Source of the DNA: Balanoglossus misakiensis
Taxonomy: Eukaryota > Animalia > Hemichordata
DNA: 64,000 nucleotides
Assembly: GCA_040954595.2 (NCBI GenBank)
Contig: CM082594.2
Location: forward strand, 3,705,319 to 3,769,318
Direction: 5' to 3'
Shown here in pieces: positions 40,746-55,900 of the stretch (its first letter is position 1; the number at the start of each line of letters is the position of its first letter). The notes beneath the pieces were generated by a model. It saw only the letters and a list, made by a program, of their open reading frames with translations, searched no databases and was not told the origin of the DNA. A program made the translations under genes and the position numbers.

Positions 40746-43700
40746 ATTGAGGGGTCGATTCCTTCTAAAGATTACAGATGAACTGTCACTTAACAGACAC
40801 TGCTCAACACATTGAAACTACATGTATTATAAATCATCCTTATAGCCTTTAACTCTTTTAACATATTCTGTCTTTATCCACAGAAGGTTCTGTTTTATAA
40901 TCATATCATCTCTAACCGAGCCGCTATACATGTACATGTAGGTGGCTCTTCTGGGACAAACAGCACACAATGATTCATGGACACAGAGATTGTGCCGTTT
41001 AAATATAAAATACAAATGTGCCAAATCACAAACTTCCATTTTTTTCGTGTTGCTTTGTATTAAATATAGTAGGAAAAACACGGAATAAATTTTACGTGTT
41101 TTGAATTTTTATGCATTCGCCGCATGTTTAATGTCACTCTCCAGCTGGATGGAATTTAGCGCATACAGCAACAGTTGTCCTCTGTAGCCAGTACCCCTTT
41201 CTTTTGCCTTTGGCAAGTCTGGCTCCAAGACTGCATGATAATGCATGATTATCTACAGACACAACGACTGTCTAGAGTCTAGACTCTGAAATGCTCAAAA
41301 CTAGACTACAGTCTACAGTCTTTGGCATGCTCACCACATTATGGCCATAATGTTATCATGGTTGACAAATGACTTCAAATCTGGGCTTAAATTCAGTGTT
41401 CAAGAAAAAAATCATTGCTGTCCGAGTCATGTCATTCAAGATAGGATAGTTTCACCAAACCATGGTCAGCATTTCTCCATTTCCCCCTTACAATCACATC
41501 ATTCCAATACCCCCCCCCCCACACATATGCATATAGCTCTCGAAGGGTGATCGTGAACACAACTTTCACAGTACGAACATGTTTCTACGCTAGACATTAA
41601 TGTCTCGACGACAAACGTATAAACGACAGCGTGCTCCCGCGCAAATGGCTCTTCAGCACATCATGCATGCAAGAACACAGCCACCCTCTTAAGATTCAAG
41701 TGGACATGTCGATCGTTATATTTTGATTCATGGTCAGAGCGTCGAAGCCTTCCACTGAGTGCTTAACGCACATGAGTGTTAGCAGGAACGAATCCCTACA
41801 GACTGACAAACGAGATCAAAATGGCGTACATAAATTTCAAATGGTTAAATAATGGAAAATGAAACGTCGGGAAAATGTATGCTTTTAATTTTTACAGAAT
41901 GATCTTTTTAATCCTGTGGTGCTTTACCGTAGGAGCCTTCTTGGTTCATCTCCAATATGTATTCAACCAAATTTAAGTACAAAATTAATGAGTTCAACGT
42001 TTTACTGTAAAGAAACTAAATTATGAGTCGTTAATTCTCAAGAGGGTAGTTACATGGTTATGATACACTTTTTATATCTCTAATATTTTTGTATTTCCCT
42101 TAATTAAATCCGTATGTGAAATGACTGTCTTCAGTGCATTTCGAAATGTGTATCCCACATGAACGCGAGTACTTAATAATTGATTTCGGTTGAGCGCATG
42201 ATGCGCTTTATTTCTGACCTGTCGGTGTCGTGTTATTTTGATTCGGTAACGAAAATTTTCCTTCCGAATTGTCTGAGGATTAATTGGAGAGTCACGTTCC
42301 ATTGTATTTTTTACGACGGAGAAATAGACCGATATTTGGTAATTCGGGACGAAAATATTCCTCCCAACCTTACCATAGAATACATTCTTAGTAGACACAC
42401 CTATCTAATGTTGTCATACGATGGCCTATGTTAAAATTGGAATTTTGCAAAAATTGGTAGATATACTAGTACATGTATGTCGCGCCATATTCATTTCCCA
42501 CGAAACAGTACCCAAGGTCCACAGGTAAGTATTCGTGCCGCACCTGTGCAGTGTCGCAAGTATTTTCGCTTTTTCGCGCACCTGTGCCAAGCATTCATAC
42601 AGTTATGTGCAACCAGTTGGTGAGATTGTTTTTGATTGGTGAGTTCTTTTTTTTCAATTCACTCCTCAGACATGTGTGCAACTGGTGCGTGCATGTTGCA
42701 ACCTTGGAAGATAAGCTCTCCCAGGCGCTGTATACAAATCCCCTCAGGCGGCGGAATCCTTGCGAACATATAAACCAACCGACTTATCCGATATATAAAC
42801 TCAGTAAAGAGAAACGTTATTACGAAGGGTGATCAACAAGCTGGCGTGCACACTATAAGATACAACATAAACTGAGATAATTATAGAATAGCTTGTATAC
42901 TAAAAAGTAACTTTAAAGGTCGAATGCCGTCGTTTAGGTCATTGTGAGAAAGCCGGTGACGGCCGTTCACCGTCGAATGTGTATTCTTCCGCGCAATAAA
43001 ATAATGACGCAAACGTACAGTTTGAATTATCCAGAATTCTGCCCTTTGCTTTTTAGCTCGAGGCGGGAATCCTTCGCTGATAACCGGACATACGCACTGT
43101 CAGGAGAAATCCTGATTGTAGCATACAAAAGACCAAGAATAAAGAATATTATTATGTGAAATCATACTATTATTTTCCTCCAAGCTCATCTTTATTATTC
43201 CGTGATGTACAATCTGGTTGGCATATGTACAGTATTTTTGCAGGATATATGCCGATGAAACTGATTAAAGGGTTCAAACCAAGACATTTGACGAAGAAAC
43301 CCAAGATGACAGCATCTTATATGAAAAAAATCTTTTCTCGTCGTCGGGTGGAATAAAACCAAGCATATTTTTTTTCTTGCGTTGGAGGCCTTTAATTAAG
43401 CAAGCACTATGATAATTATCTATAATTGCATTTCGCACGACAATCTCCCCAAAGTATTAAACTTTTAAATAAATGTGTTGTAATCAACGAGTATAAATCG
43501 TGACGGGTCATAAATGGCCATTTATGAATATGCTAATTTAAGGTTGTCACAGTGAAACGACTAATCTATAATAAAACAACTTATGCTTTGCTATCAAAAA
43601 TCTGTAAACTATATGGTTCAGGTCACTGCCGTCTTATTGTGTTTCCTTCAAAAGAAAACACGCCCCCTATAGAAAATACAAACATGGTTTCAGCCAAACC

Positions 43701-44590
43701 CACTGAGCGCTGGTCAAAGTTTCCCAATGTTAGTACAAAAATATCAGGTTGTCATGTGACTGCAAAAATATCAGCATCACTCGGAGGATTCAATCATCGC
43801 GAAAGCAATATCTTCAGGAATATTTTTAATCAGATTTGATAGTTCTTCTTTGTCTGCAGGGTTGTTTGTGTTTCTTCGACAGCCATCCTTAATATCCATC
43901 CAATCATCTAATGAAAATAACAATAGCAATACGAATTAAATAACGAATTATATAATTATCATAATTGGAATAAAAAATGTCTTCTGCCACAAAATATCAA
44001 TCTCAGAATTTATTAATAATAATAATATATTTGTAATAATAATCTCTACATACAAATACATTATTTGATGGCACCAATTAAGTGCTATAAACTAGGCAAT
44101 ATTCTTTGTTTTGTATTTGAGAGGTCAGAAAATGGTAGAAAAGGGCATACTTAGACTTATAATCTATCATTAACCTTTCGGTTGTATTTATGGAGAATAT
44201 AAAATAGGTTTATTGATGAAACAAGGCCGTGTTTCGTCCTTCGCCAATGGCATTTCCATTTGGATAACACATGCAGCGACGTTGATAATAGTCTTTCACT
44301 GCCGATCAAATGAAGAGTTCGTGTGTATGCACGGTGACGCGCCAAACTCTCGTGGCATTTGCAGAAACCTACCTTGCATGCTTGGATGTCCGGTGTTGAC
44401 AGTCCCATGCAGAGTCCAGGAATTCTGGAATTTATTTTCTCATACAATCGACGAATGTAAGGTTGCGCTCTTTTATTCATTTGTTCTTCCTGAATTAACA
44501 CGAAAACAAAGGCATTTATAATATCAACAAAACAAAATACCGAACCTGCGACAATAGATATGACATCGATGTTGAATACATATCGACGAC

Positions 44591-47301
44591 CTATACACCT
44601 GGCCCTTGCAACAGTTGCCTTGGCAACAAAGGCTGAGGAAAGATAGATATAGATTGTCATAGCTGACGGTTTTTATGGTCGCAATCAGGACCGCTATGCA
44701 GCTTTCCAATGAGGGCAGTCGTTCTAATCGCTGAGAGATGCTATCGAATTTACAAGGGTTTTGTTCTGGCAGCGACGAAACACGATTGGAACTATTTTGT
44801 GATTATAAGATAGTCGGAAATATCGTAAAAAAACAACTTAATGCTATTAAATCTCCGTTGATATTTTTGCAAAAGCTTGGTTTTCAGTAAAAAAAAATAG
44901 ACTTCAAGTTTTAAGCAATATAATCAAGAAGAACAATGACCTGTAAACCATTTACAGGCGATTTTTAAGATGTTATTATCACAAAAGTAATCCCAATAGT
45001 GATTACAATAAATTGAATTTTCTTCGAGAATAGGGAATGTTTTTTTCCACAAAAATACAACATTCCAAGTGTCATTGCGCTAAAATGTCACCTTTTTATA
45101 TAGTCCTTCATCCACCCGTCCATTCGTTCACCGAACAATTAATTCATTCGTTCGTTTATTCATTCATTCATTCATTCCATTTCATTTCCGCCCACCCAGT
45201 AATCCAAATGTATTCATTCACTGTGTAAAATGTACTTGATGCTTTATAAGGGCAAAATTATGTATACAGCACAATATAGTGTCATCGACTAAACCTCTAG
45301 CTGTGGTCGACAAAATCGGATCACGTTATAGTGCAAAGTAAAGACGTAAGATAACATTTCCTAAAAAAATAAAAAAAAAACATAGTGAGCAAACTGCGCA
45401 TAAAAACTAAGCCAAGAGGAGATTCTGAAAATTTCTGATAAAAATAAATATATACATTAGTATATCCCAAAGTTGAAAGCACATTTTAAGTTTTCATCAC
45501 ATTTCACGCGATGTACGTAAATTCGCTCTATGCATTCACGTAAGGGAAAAACTACATCAGTCAATTGTTAAAGTAGCGTTGTATGTTTTTATATGGCGAA
45601 TTTTTGGTCTCAAAAAGGTTCGCGAGTATTTAGACTAGTTCACATCATAACACATTAACAATAATATGTGGTGTACCAGAAGGCGATGCCTCGACAATCG
45701 CAAGATAATAGATTTCAGTGAACCTGTCTGTGAAATAGTATTTCATATAAGTTATTACAAACGTGAAATCCGACTCTCACGAAGAGTACAATATATATCA
45801 TCCTCGACAACTGTTGTCGTAAACGTAAAATTTCGCCGATTCATCGAATGAGACCTAACCTTCTCAGCGCTTCTCCCCGTGAAATGATTTAGTAGAATGT
45901 TGTGACAAGAGGCACTTCCAAATTTGACAGTGGTCTTGTTGCTGTGGGGGTGTACGTCGGATTTATCGAGCTGAAAATCTTTGATCAAGGCCAGGACATA
46001 GTGGGAGACCTCAAATCTCTAATCGATATCCTATTTTCATCACCCGCCCCCAAGAACTATTACCGCAAATTTTCGGAAATTGAAGTAACTGTGCGTGTTG
46101 GTCGATGCAAATGTCATTTTGTTGCATTTTTCAAAACACCTACTGGTGATGTCACGAATCTAAATTTTTACCGAGAAACCAAAGTGCGCATAATCAACTT
46201 TTCATTGCAATTGTTTGCGTTTTCATCTTTAACTGAGAGGCGGTTCTGCCTCCTATAGGTTGATGATAAAACCGCCTATGTCAATGATCAGAAAAGCATA
46301 TCAGTGGTACAATTAGATTTGCAAGATGTCTGATCGTTTATCAAATGCCGGGTAAGATAAAAAATACATTGCTTAGCAGAATCGTGATCTGTCGGATGAG
46401 AGTGAAAGACAACGAGAGATACTGTACGGGCCAACAGAAAAAGTCCAAGTTTTGGAATTATGAAAAACGACATGTCTAAAAATCTAATGGCTAAAGAGCA
46501 CGAATTAAAACACGCAGGCACACATTTTTTTCCGGTTGACCAATACGTAATGTAAATCAGGGAAGCAAATGACGATTTGAATCGACAATAAACAAAGAGA
46601 CTGACCTCTTCAGCTTGTTCGTCATTATCTTGAATATCCGTCTCCAGCTGGCGGGGTGGCTGCAGCATTTTGTCCTCATTCGTGACGTAGTCTCCTCCGC
46701 GCTTCCCTGGTAAAAGCGAATAAATAATGGATAAAGTAGACAGTAACTTAGCGTCAATACTGGACATCAGTCAGACAATAGTTTTATCTGTCGCCATTCA
46801 GGTGTGTTCGCGGTAAAAATGCGTGAACTTCTGAAATTAATCAATTTACATCACATGGCTACCTGTCCAGAGGGTTCAATGTGATTGCCCCCCAAACGCC
46901 TGTAGGACAATTCACTGTGATTGAACTATAATGAGAATATGGCATCCCTATTGGTCAAGTTGTTTGCGCGACTCAAAGTTAGCAGCTAGACTCGCGGAGA
47001 GTGGTCGCAACCTTGATTAGCGGACAGCTTGTCCCGTGGTGTTAGGTAAAAGGCAAGGATACTAACGCTAGCTTCTTCGAATTTGCTCAAACAAACCAGC
47101 GAAAGAAAAACTGCAAGTCTCTTGCACGAGTAGGGTGTTATACAGAACGCACTTACCGAGTTGTCCGTAAAGCCAGTGCAACGACAGCGTTTGCTTCGTC
47201 TTCACTTTGTTGCGATTTCTTCCCGAAGCGGAGTTCGTTGGCTCCACCGATGTCAAGACGCACAGCAGTTGTATAAGCAGGCAGCAGTGTAATGCATTCA
47301 T
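44591..47301 (-). CDS. Neuropeptide precursor-like protein (132 aa, 4 exons); predicted amidated peptide ...QTLSLHWLYGQL-NH2, possibly GRP/bombesin-type
   Basis: Exon 1 47301-47157: MNALHCCLLIQLLCVLTSVEPTNS-ASGRNRNKVKTKQTLSLHWLYGQL-G|gtaagt. Exon 2 46706-46606: ttttaccag|GG AAG CGC gives G-K-R, then acidic GGDYVTNEDKMLQPPRQLETDIQDNDEQAEE|gtcagt. Exon 3 45970-45860: LDKSDVHPH...RSAEK|gttagg. Exon 4 44632-44591: PLLPRQLLQGPGV*. Phases 1/0/0 are consistent. Exons 3-4 are less certain than 1-2. Confidence 0.78.
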
Positions 47302-47765
47302 ATTAATTCAGAGTGTTTTGCACACCGGAGAGCTGAACTATGATATGCGAGAATTGACTCAATCACCGGTTTTATCTAGGTCCACTTTTTCCAAGTGCTC
47401 ACGTCAGTGACTTCTGCTGTTGCGCGGGGGTGCGGCGACTGGCTCACTCAAAAGAAGGTGTTTACACCCAACTCTCCGTGTAGGCAGTTTATGCCGCTCA
47501 TATGTACGTTGATAAGATGGGGTATATTCGTCATTTCACGGCAAAGGTGACAAGTAGGCCCTTGATGCCGAAAAGAGCAGCGAAAAGAATAGAATGCGTG
47601 CTGTGAAGGACACTGTGAGATCTCCGCGACAAATTATTAGCAACCATCGAGGAGATAGCCATCACGTCAGGCTGTAAACTCCCTAATATCAGCCAATAAT
47701 TTTGTGTGAATATGAATGTGATTTGATGATCTGTGTCTGTCAGTGTACACTAATGAATTGCGCCC

Positions 47766-48034
47766 CTGTCTGTCTGTCTGTCTGTATGTATGTGTATGTA
47801 TGTATGTATGTATGTATGTATGTATGTATGTATGTATGTATGTATGTATGTATGTATGTATGTATGTATGTATGTATGGATGGATGGATGGATGAATGGA
47901 TGAATAAATGGATGAATAAATGGATGAATGAATGAATGAATGAATGAATGAATGAATGAATGAATGAATGAATGAATGAATGAATGAATGAATGAATGAA
48001 TGAATGAATGAATGAATGAATGACGGATGGATGA
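47766..48034. repeat. Compound microsatellite (TCTG)n-(TATG)n-(TGGA)n-(TGAA)n
   Basis: Seen directly; about 0.5 kb upstream of the minus-strand peptide gene ATG. Confidence 0.95.
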
Positions 48035-49163
48035 AGTGCTATATAATTAGTATGACAAATCGCCTTTTCTGACGTGAAACAGTGTCAGTGAAAGTTTTAT
48101 GATGACCAGCAATAATTCACCGTAATGACAAAGAAAATTCGGAAGGAGCAATTGGGAACAAAAACAATTAGAGCAGCAATATAAGACGTTGCAAGAGTGA
48201 CATGAATATTAACTTGCATAGTTACTGTAAGGAGTGCATCAACTGTCTTCCAGGATGACTAATGCGGGGAATCGGAAACAGTACAGTTAGGCTTTGCTGG
48301 CCCTCAATCAGTTTCTATTAGAAATCACCGCGCTCTATCAATCCAGTAGTGTATTTCTGATTACATCAATGGTTTCTTGGGGGTGATATTTGTTTTTGAA
48401 CGGGAAAGGCATGTCTTGCGGCAGTATTTACAAACTGTCTAAAATTGTGCCTATCACTTCATGTATAGAGACCTGCATATGTCTCGCTCCACTACACGAG
48501 GAATGAAATCCTACAATAAAATTCCAGTTTGCTTCACCCGAAAAAGAGTACCATAAAATATATAACGTTACATTACAATATTCATCAGACATGAAAATAT
48601 TGTTTCCTCACAGCCCAAGTCGCTTGGAGTGTGAGATCGACGGAGTGGGATAAATCGTTCCACGGGCGCTGATTGGATGATAAGCCTATTTCATTAAATC
48701 CCTCCGTTTTACAAATTTGTGATCCTATTGGAAACGCCCATCGATCGGGATACCAATTGCTGATATAATAAACAACTTTGCCGCCAAAGTGAAAATATGC
48801 ATTTAACAATAAGATGTTTAAGAGCAACCTTTAATATCTAGTAAACTGATTTGCGTCATCAATTTTACCCACCCACAACGTTTTAGAGGAAGGACGACCT
48901 ATATAGGTCTTTCTTTCATATATTGTATGACCTATATATGAAGGTGATAATTTCATTAAGAAAATTAATGAAATCGTCAGAAGGAAAAGTGGTGCTAGTG
49001 TTGTTAATGGAATACACTTGACCCTTTTCCCAAGTTATTTGATCTGGTTTGGACTTTTACACTGACACAAAAATCAAAATAGCTGCTTGCTTGAACCTTC
49101 TAAAACCATCCGCAAACTTGATTTAAAAAGTTCCAAACTATAACACTACGTTATTGTATGGAA

Positions 49164-49314
<151 letters not shown>

Positions 49315-49789
49315 GAGTCGAACGCTGAAACAACAATATGTAATACATTGCAACGAAGAATACCATTAAAATCATCACCTGATAGTTGAATAGCAAAAGT
49401 CAAACAAACACATTTCTTAGGTTACAGTTAAAGTTCCAGAATATGAGTCACGACTAGGCCTTGATTGGTAGCAGAGAAATAATCTTCTTTTTCTAACATA
49501 ATCTAATGCATCTTTCTTTTGTATACACACCGTATCGTATGGTCCACTCAGCAGTTACTGCTCGTGCTCGCATTTTGTACAATATCGTTCTTTTAGGATA
49601 CAGTAACAGCCATTAGATTTACCATTGTGTTGTTTGAAGCGATAACACACTAGACAAATCTCCAATATCGCGTTTAGGCCAAACTGATTGAAATCTGTGT
49701 TTCTTATCCGGACATGCAACACTTTCACATTTTGAAACAAGACTAAACGGGAAATGTATTTGTTTGTATGTATTTGTGTGCCAGCATCT

Positions 49790-49940
49790 GTGCGTGCGTG
49801 CGTGCGTGTGTGCGTGCGTGCGTGTATGTATGTATGTATGTATGTATGTATGTATGTATGTATGTATGTCTGTCTGTATGTATGTATGTATGTATGTATG
49901 TATGTATGTATGTATGTATGTATGTATGTATGTATGTATG

Positions 49941-49969
<29 letters not shown>
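49790..49969. repeat. (TGCG)n-(TATG)n microsatellite
   Basis: Seen directly; source of CMYV/YIHT ORFs. Confidence 0.95.
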
Positions 49970-49971
<2 letters not shown>

Positions 49972-52900
49972 GTATGTAATATTTATGTACATGTATGTTT
50001 GTCCATGTATATATGTTTCAAACAGTTTAAGGGACGTGAAACATATTGTTTCCTTATAGTGGCTTCAATGTATTTTGCCAAGATCATTTTGCGCGTCTTG
50101 CAATGGATTGTGGTTGTGTGGATTGAGTGTATATGCTGAAAGCTGTCGGCGGTGTCTTTATACAATTCTTTGAATTATAACAGGAAACCTCTACTTTTCT
50201 GACAGCGCTATTCGGCTATCGAAGCGCATCACAATTACGTATTCATAAAATGTGAACCCAATTGTGAATTCGGTGTACTGAGAGAACATATGAAAATGTA
50301 TAATATTGTTACTCCTTTATGGAAATATTGAAATATCTATTTGTTTCCTTAAATTTTCAAATGCTTTACTCTGACCCAAAGTTTTCAGAATATTTATGCA
50401 CATGCACAGAGACGTGCTAGGCCAGAGGCAGATCTAAATTTGATGTTAACTAATTAGCTGTATCTTAGATGTTTTCAGACAATGCTAACTGCCATGAATG
50501 TCATGCACACATACTAGTACTAGGTCTTCCAGCTACGATTCTACACTTTTCAATTGGTAGAGACAGTCCAATCCGTCACAAATGAACCCACAATAATATT
50601 TAAGAATTGGCAACTTAGTCCCACGAATCGAGAACGCAAGAAAATTTGAACATTTAACCTTTTGTCTACCATATTGATATACTGGAGAAACCACATTACA
50701 GAGTCGAATAACCAACAACGCGTATTTGTCATTAAGCGTTATACGATATGTTCAGTTACGTTGGAGAAAGTTGTATATGACGCGATTTAGAGTTGCTTCA
50801 AGGTGCACGGTCACCTCCAATTTAGATATTTCCATAAAGGGGCGTATCTGAGTGTTCTAAAGAACATATGGTGGCGCTCTTTTTTTCGTGCGTGCCACCA
50901 ACTGAAAATCTGTGATTGACTAGATCTCCATTTGCCATGGTAACTGTAGCTAAATTTCCATAGGTTAATGTATACTTTTAACGCCTAGATTTGAGTGGCA
51001 TGGACCGAAAGCACGACTGGTGCAGCGTCCAGGTTACTTAAACATAGCGATAAATTTGCTTTGTCGTTCTGACTCAACCAAGTTCGCTTGACTAAAATGA
51101 GTTCCCAGAAACAAAATCAGGACCGAACGTTTGAGGGCGTTTGATATGCAGTCGCACTATGCATTCGAAGAGATTCAATAAAGATGGAAAAGAGATGACA
51201 TACATAGGTGGCATCTGCATGGCGGTTGCATCCATAGAAACATATCATCGCCACCTACAAAGACACAGTGAACCTATGATGATTAATTTTCATCTCTACA
51301 ACGTTACGCACAATTAGCAAAAATGACGAACAAATTAAACCTTGAAAATAAAAACAGTGGAATTTTCGAAGACAAGATTTCATAGAGTTTCGTTCTGTCA
51401 ATAATACAGTTGCTTGTGCAGGCAGAAGCGATACGGCATAAATCGGTAGAAAATCTCCGCTACCTCTCGCGTACACAACACGTCCCTCAATTGCCCGAGG
51501 TCCCCTACCCTTTTCTACTTTAGGAACCAACACATGTTTATTGATCTTCCTGACTAAAATCTCCTCCACGCAGCATCCATTTTTACATTGAGTATCATTG
51601 CTCCATCATAAATCACTACCTACCCAAGCAACCCCATACCTACATGTATCCCCCTACCTACGTAAACTCTCTCGCCTACCTACAAAGCCTTACCAACCAA
51701 CCAACCTACTTACCTACCCACCTGTGCATACCTAACGTCCAGCCAGTCGACTCATTCATCAACCTACCTACTCATTTTCTTGTCTATCTACCCACCCCAT
51801 CTACCTATATCTATATCAACCTACGGTCTATTCTAGTAAGCCTGATCTACATGTCTACCCCGCCATCCACAGATCTGCCCCCACTTCTGTTAAAACTTTC
51901 ATTCATTGGAGATTAACAGTCGACATCGCACAGTTCCCATAAAGGCTCCCGGGTGTCATTATGGCCATTATGTCTGAGGTGCTTGCAAGGACCCTATTAA
52001 TTCAGGAGTGGGTATTCACACCTCTATGGCACAAAAGGTGTCACATTTTATCAATGGATGTCAGAAAGCTATTAACAAGGTCTCTGCAAAACACAGTTCA
52101 CGTCCTTCAAGAGCGATCATCTCTGCTCGCGGGGAAAAACAATTACGAAATGAAATCGAAACGCTCTACGGGCGAAATAAGAATAACGAAGGCATCGCAG
52201 TCGCTGCATGCTCTCTCCGCTCTGACTCCATCCTGGTTGTACATGTGTGTTTTGTTTTGGGGGTCGATGTTTCCCACTCCAACCACGCCATGTTCTTTTT
52301 CACAGATCTCTGTCGTTGGCGTGTATGCTACTTCGTCGTTTTCCCATTCAAGAGAATAATGCAATAGTTCTAGACATTTCCCCACAAAATAGCTTACATG
52401 TACATGTAAATGAGAGACGTCCAGCCGCCCAACTATGACTATAATGAGGTACATGGGCGGTAAGCCAACCTTTCATATAATGCTCCAAGGGTGATCAACG
52501 CCACCTCGCAATGTCAGACTGTAAATAATTCTAACACCACCTTGAGTTACAAAAGACATGTCTATGCTCAGAGCTCTCATTTATATCAATTGTTCCTAAC
52601 CTTCAAAAATGACAGTGGCCGTCTGTCACCAAATATTTCTCAGGGACTACTAAACCAACGACTCCGCGCTAATTTTAAGTGGGAGCTGAGTTTCATCGGC
52701 ATCCGGACAGTGTCTAATATCACACAAACCAATGTTATCAAAAATGATGATTTTTGTACACGACTGGTTGCGGTAAATATGTAACGATGAATTGTAAATA
52801 TAGTAACAAGAAACGAGAAATCACACTAAGTGACAGCTAATACATCAGAACGGGGTGATTCTATGACGCATCGGCAAATATCTGCTGCAGAGGGTCCTTT

Positions 52901-55900
52901 CTGGATCGTTCAAGCGGGACGATTTGTGATGACAAGCATCCACGTGATGCCGGCGAATCAAAGCGGCGCTTCCTTTTGAAATTTCATTTTCTAAAAAAGT
53001 AATAATTTCTACTTCATAATTTGATCAGAAATCTATCTCTAAACTCAGACTCGTAATTCACATATTCTGTACAGTGGACACAAATCTCAGCGTACAATGT
53101 AAATGCGTATAGGCATTTCTAGACATCAAATGTTCGTCAGTGCTGGAGCGTGCGCAGATGAGATCATTCGGGTCTGACTTGACGACCGACGACTAAGCTA
53201 TATTCATTTTTCGATAAAAAATAATACAAATCTCCAGATTATAATATATGATTGTCATATTATCGTGAAGTTGCGTGACGTGATTATGGGGAATATGACA
53301 CACTACGACAAAGGTAAACATATAGATAGCAAAGCGTGTTTTCCCTGAGAAGAACTAAGATATGATCTCGAGCTCGCGCACAAGTCCATATGCACAGAAG
53401 TCATCATATCAATGTTTGATGTTACGTTATAGTAAACGCAAAATAGGTTATCGGGGTTATGACGGCGGGGTGTGTGCGGAGAACGATGTGACGTCATGTT
53501 TTGGCGGACTTTCTGGATGAGGTTCATTTACAATCAAATATGGGTGAACGTTGTTTTCTGCTTCCACTTGAATAATATAGTATGCGCCTCGAAAATTAGT
53601 CTTAAACGTGTTCTCATATTTTGCTGAAGGCAACTTTCGATTAATCTGATTTAGCTTAACATCCAACCCGAAAATATTGCGTGCAACTTTTGGGTAAAGT
53701 GTTCTTTTTTCAGGTTAATATATCACGATAAATGGGCTTACATGTATTGTCTTTATGAAAGAGAAATACTTAATAGACTTGACTGCTATATATGTGAAAT
53801 GAAAAATGCACCATGTGCAACTATTTCAAACAAAAAGGGTAAAACATTAACATTGTGTATAAACTGCGTTGGAAATAATTTGAAGCGTTTTGTTTCATAA
53901 AATATCGGCCAGACGAAAAGTATGATAACGAGACGATCACTAGTGTAAACAGCCTGTGGGAACGATTTTTTTTTACTCTTAATGGCGGAAGACTGAGTTA
54001 TGGCCGACAAAGATGAACACTGACAATGTTCTTCCCACGGCGTGCTGCACATCAAAAGTTATGGCAGGAACCGTCTTGTCATTTACAAGAACAGGTCGTA
54101 AACATGTAAACCGGGGGTTTTACCATTGGCGCTGTATATGATGTGGCCGAGTGCTCAGCTTTTATAACATGGTCCATTTTACGTTAGCTTGTCGATAAGA
54201 GGGTATACAATGAACGTGGGTTTGTTTTGAAGTGGGTGGAACATATCGAGGACTCACCCGGTACCAGTATGGTCATGTTTCCATGGACGTACTGGGCATA
54301 TATTTCAAAATCGCTGGGGGGTTTTCAAAATGGATAACAAGTATTACACACTATCGATGTGTTGATTGCTCGATCGATCGATTGATTAATTGATCGATTG
54401 AATGGCGTATTAATTAATTGATATGTTTCCGTAATGTCGTGCCTTTAGTATTTTTGTATTAAAAAGGGAAATGCTATTTCGGCACGTGCACAACAGCCTC
54501 CAGACTGACAAATCACAACAGGGCTAAACCATTTTCATAAAGTAAGAATGATAGACGGAAATAGGTACCTATGGGATTTCTTGTCGGCCTAAACGACTAC
54601 ATTTGTAAAGTCATTATGTGAGTAAATTTATCAAGCCGAGCAAAGGCAATGTCTCTCACAACAACTAAGTCTTCAATTTCGCTATACATAGAGCTGGGTA
54701 TACAGTGAACAACAGAAATGTGAATATGTTTGCATTGCCTGCAAAATGTTCATAACGCGTAAGACCTAGTTGATCAGACTGCTGTTCCTAGTGTCGCGTA
54801 GTTGAAAGCCCGAAGACATTAATCTCAGTGCGTTTTCTAGTGGGTGTATCACTTGACCCACTTAACTTGATAATAGTGCCTCACTGTTTCTCAATCTCTC
54901 TTCTCACTTGCTTCATCGTGCAGTGATCTGCAGGTCTCCACCCATTAAGCCTCTAGGAAATGGAATGATCACACAGCTAACTCGCCCTCTACACAGGCAA
55001 ACTGTTACTGTGGGGCAGCAACAACCATGGAAACGGGGTTATTTTGAAAAGCGAAAGATAGTGGCTCATACAATGAAAACATTTCAGTGATTTTTTTTTC
55101 TCTGGCAGTGCCGCTGAGACTTGTGTCGTCAGGGCGCCATCTTCGACGTTGTCGCCCATGGTCGGCAGTAAAAGCGACGCTTCCCAACAAAGAGTCTGCA
55201 TTCGACACGGTTTCTCGGGGTGTGAATTTTTGAAGCACTTGGAAAAAGTATCGGCCACCTCGACACAAGGCGAGCAAATGGTACACATGAGAATATGGGT
55301 CGATATGAAAATATTAGGGCAATGGTTGCATGTATTACTGCAATCACTTGTGATATCTCTATGTACATTAATTAAGAGAGCCGAAGATCGTGACACACGT
55401 AGGCTAATCAGTCACGCTATAGGCCTATATTATGATACAAGAGAGCACACGCATTTCCCTTACAGAACCACAAGCTTAATCATTGTAAATTTACGTGTCT
55501 TGGTAGTCCACTGGTTTATGGTTGCTATCCGAAATTCGAATTTATTTTCAACATATGAAATAAAGAAATTAATATTCAATCCTACAGTCACAAACACAAA
55601 TGATACTGCATCGATTCTGCGTAGACAATTGTAATAAAGGTCACCTATCTCCGTACGAGATCATATACGACTTGAAACGTACATGGAACTCGTCAACATG
55701 CCTCGGCTTATCCATTTTTATCTGATGTCAAATGAATTTAACAGAGTGCTTCCAGCAAGTTGATATGTATGACCCCATAAATTTACTTATTTGCATTTAT
55801 TCCTACAACGTTTTAATAATTGAAAGCTAAATGTGTATGATTAATGATGCGCGACTTGATCCAGGCGATCTGCAGATTGTCAAGACGTGAGTCCCCTGCG

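Noticed and set aside
47158-47193. Assignment of HWLYG peptide to GnRH
   Set aside because: Matches QHWSYG partly but lacks pGlu immediately before His-Trp and the C-terminal PG-amide; the GRP-like alignment fits better. Not fully excluded.
47315-47340. RE1/NRSE-like site near the peptide gene
   Set aside because: Several mismatches to the TCAGCACC half-site; not distinguishable from chance.
54989-55634. Overlapping 135-161 aa ORFs and CpG-rich patch between the two peptide genes
   Set aside because: No signal peptide, domain or consistent splice sites; could be regulatory or repeat-derived but unsupported as a gene.
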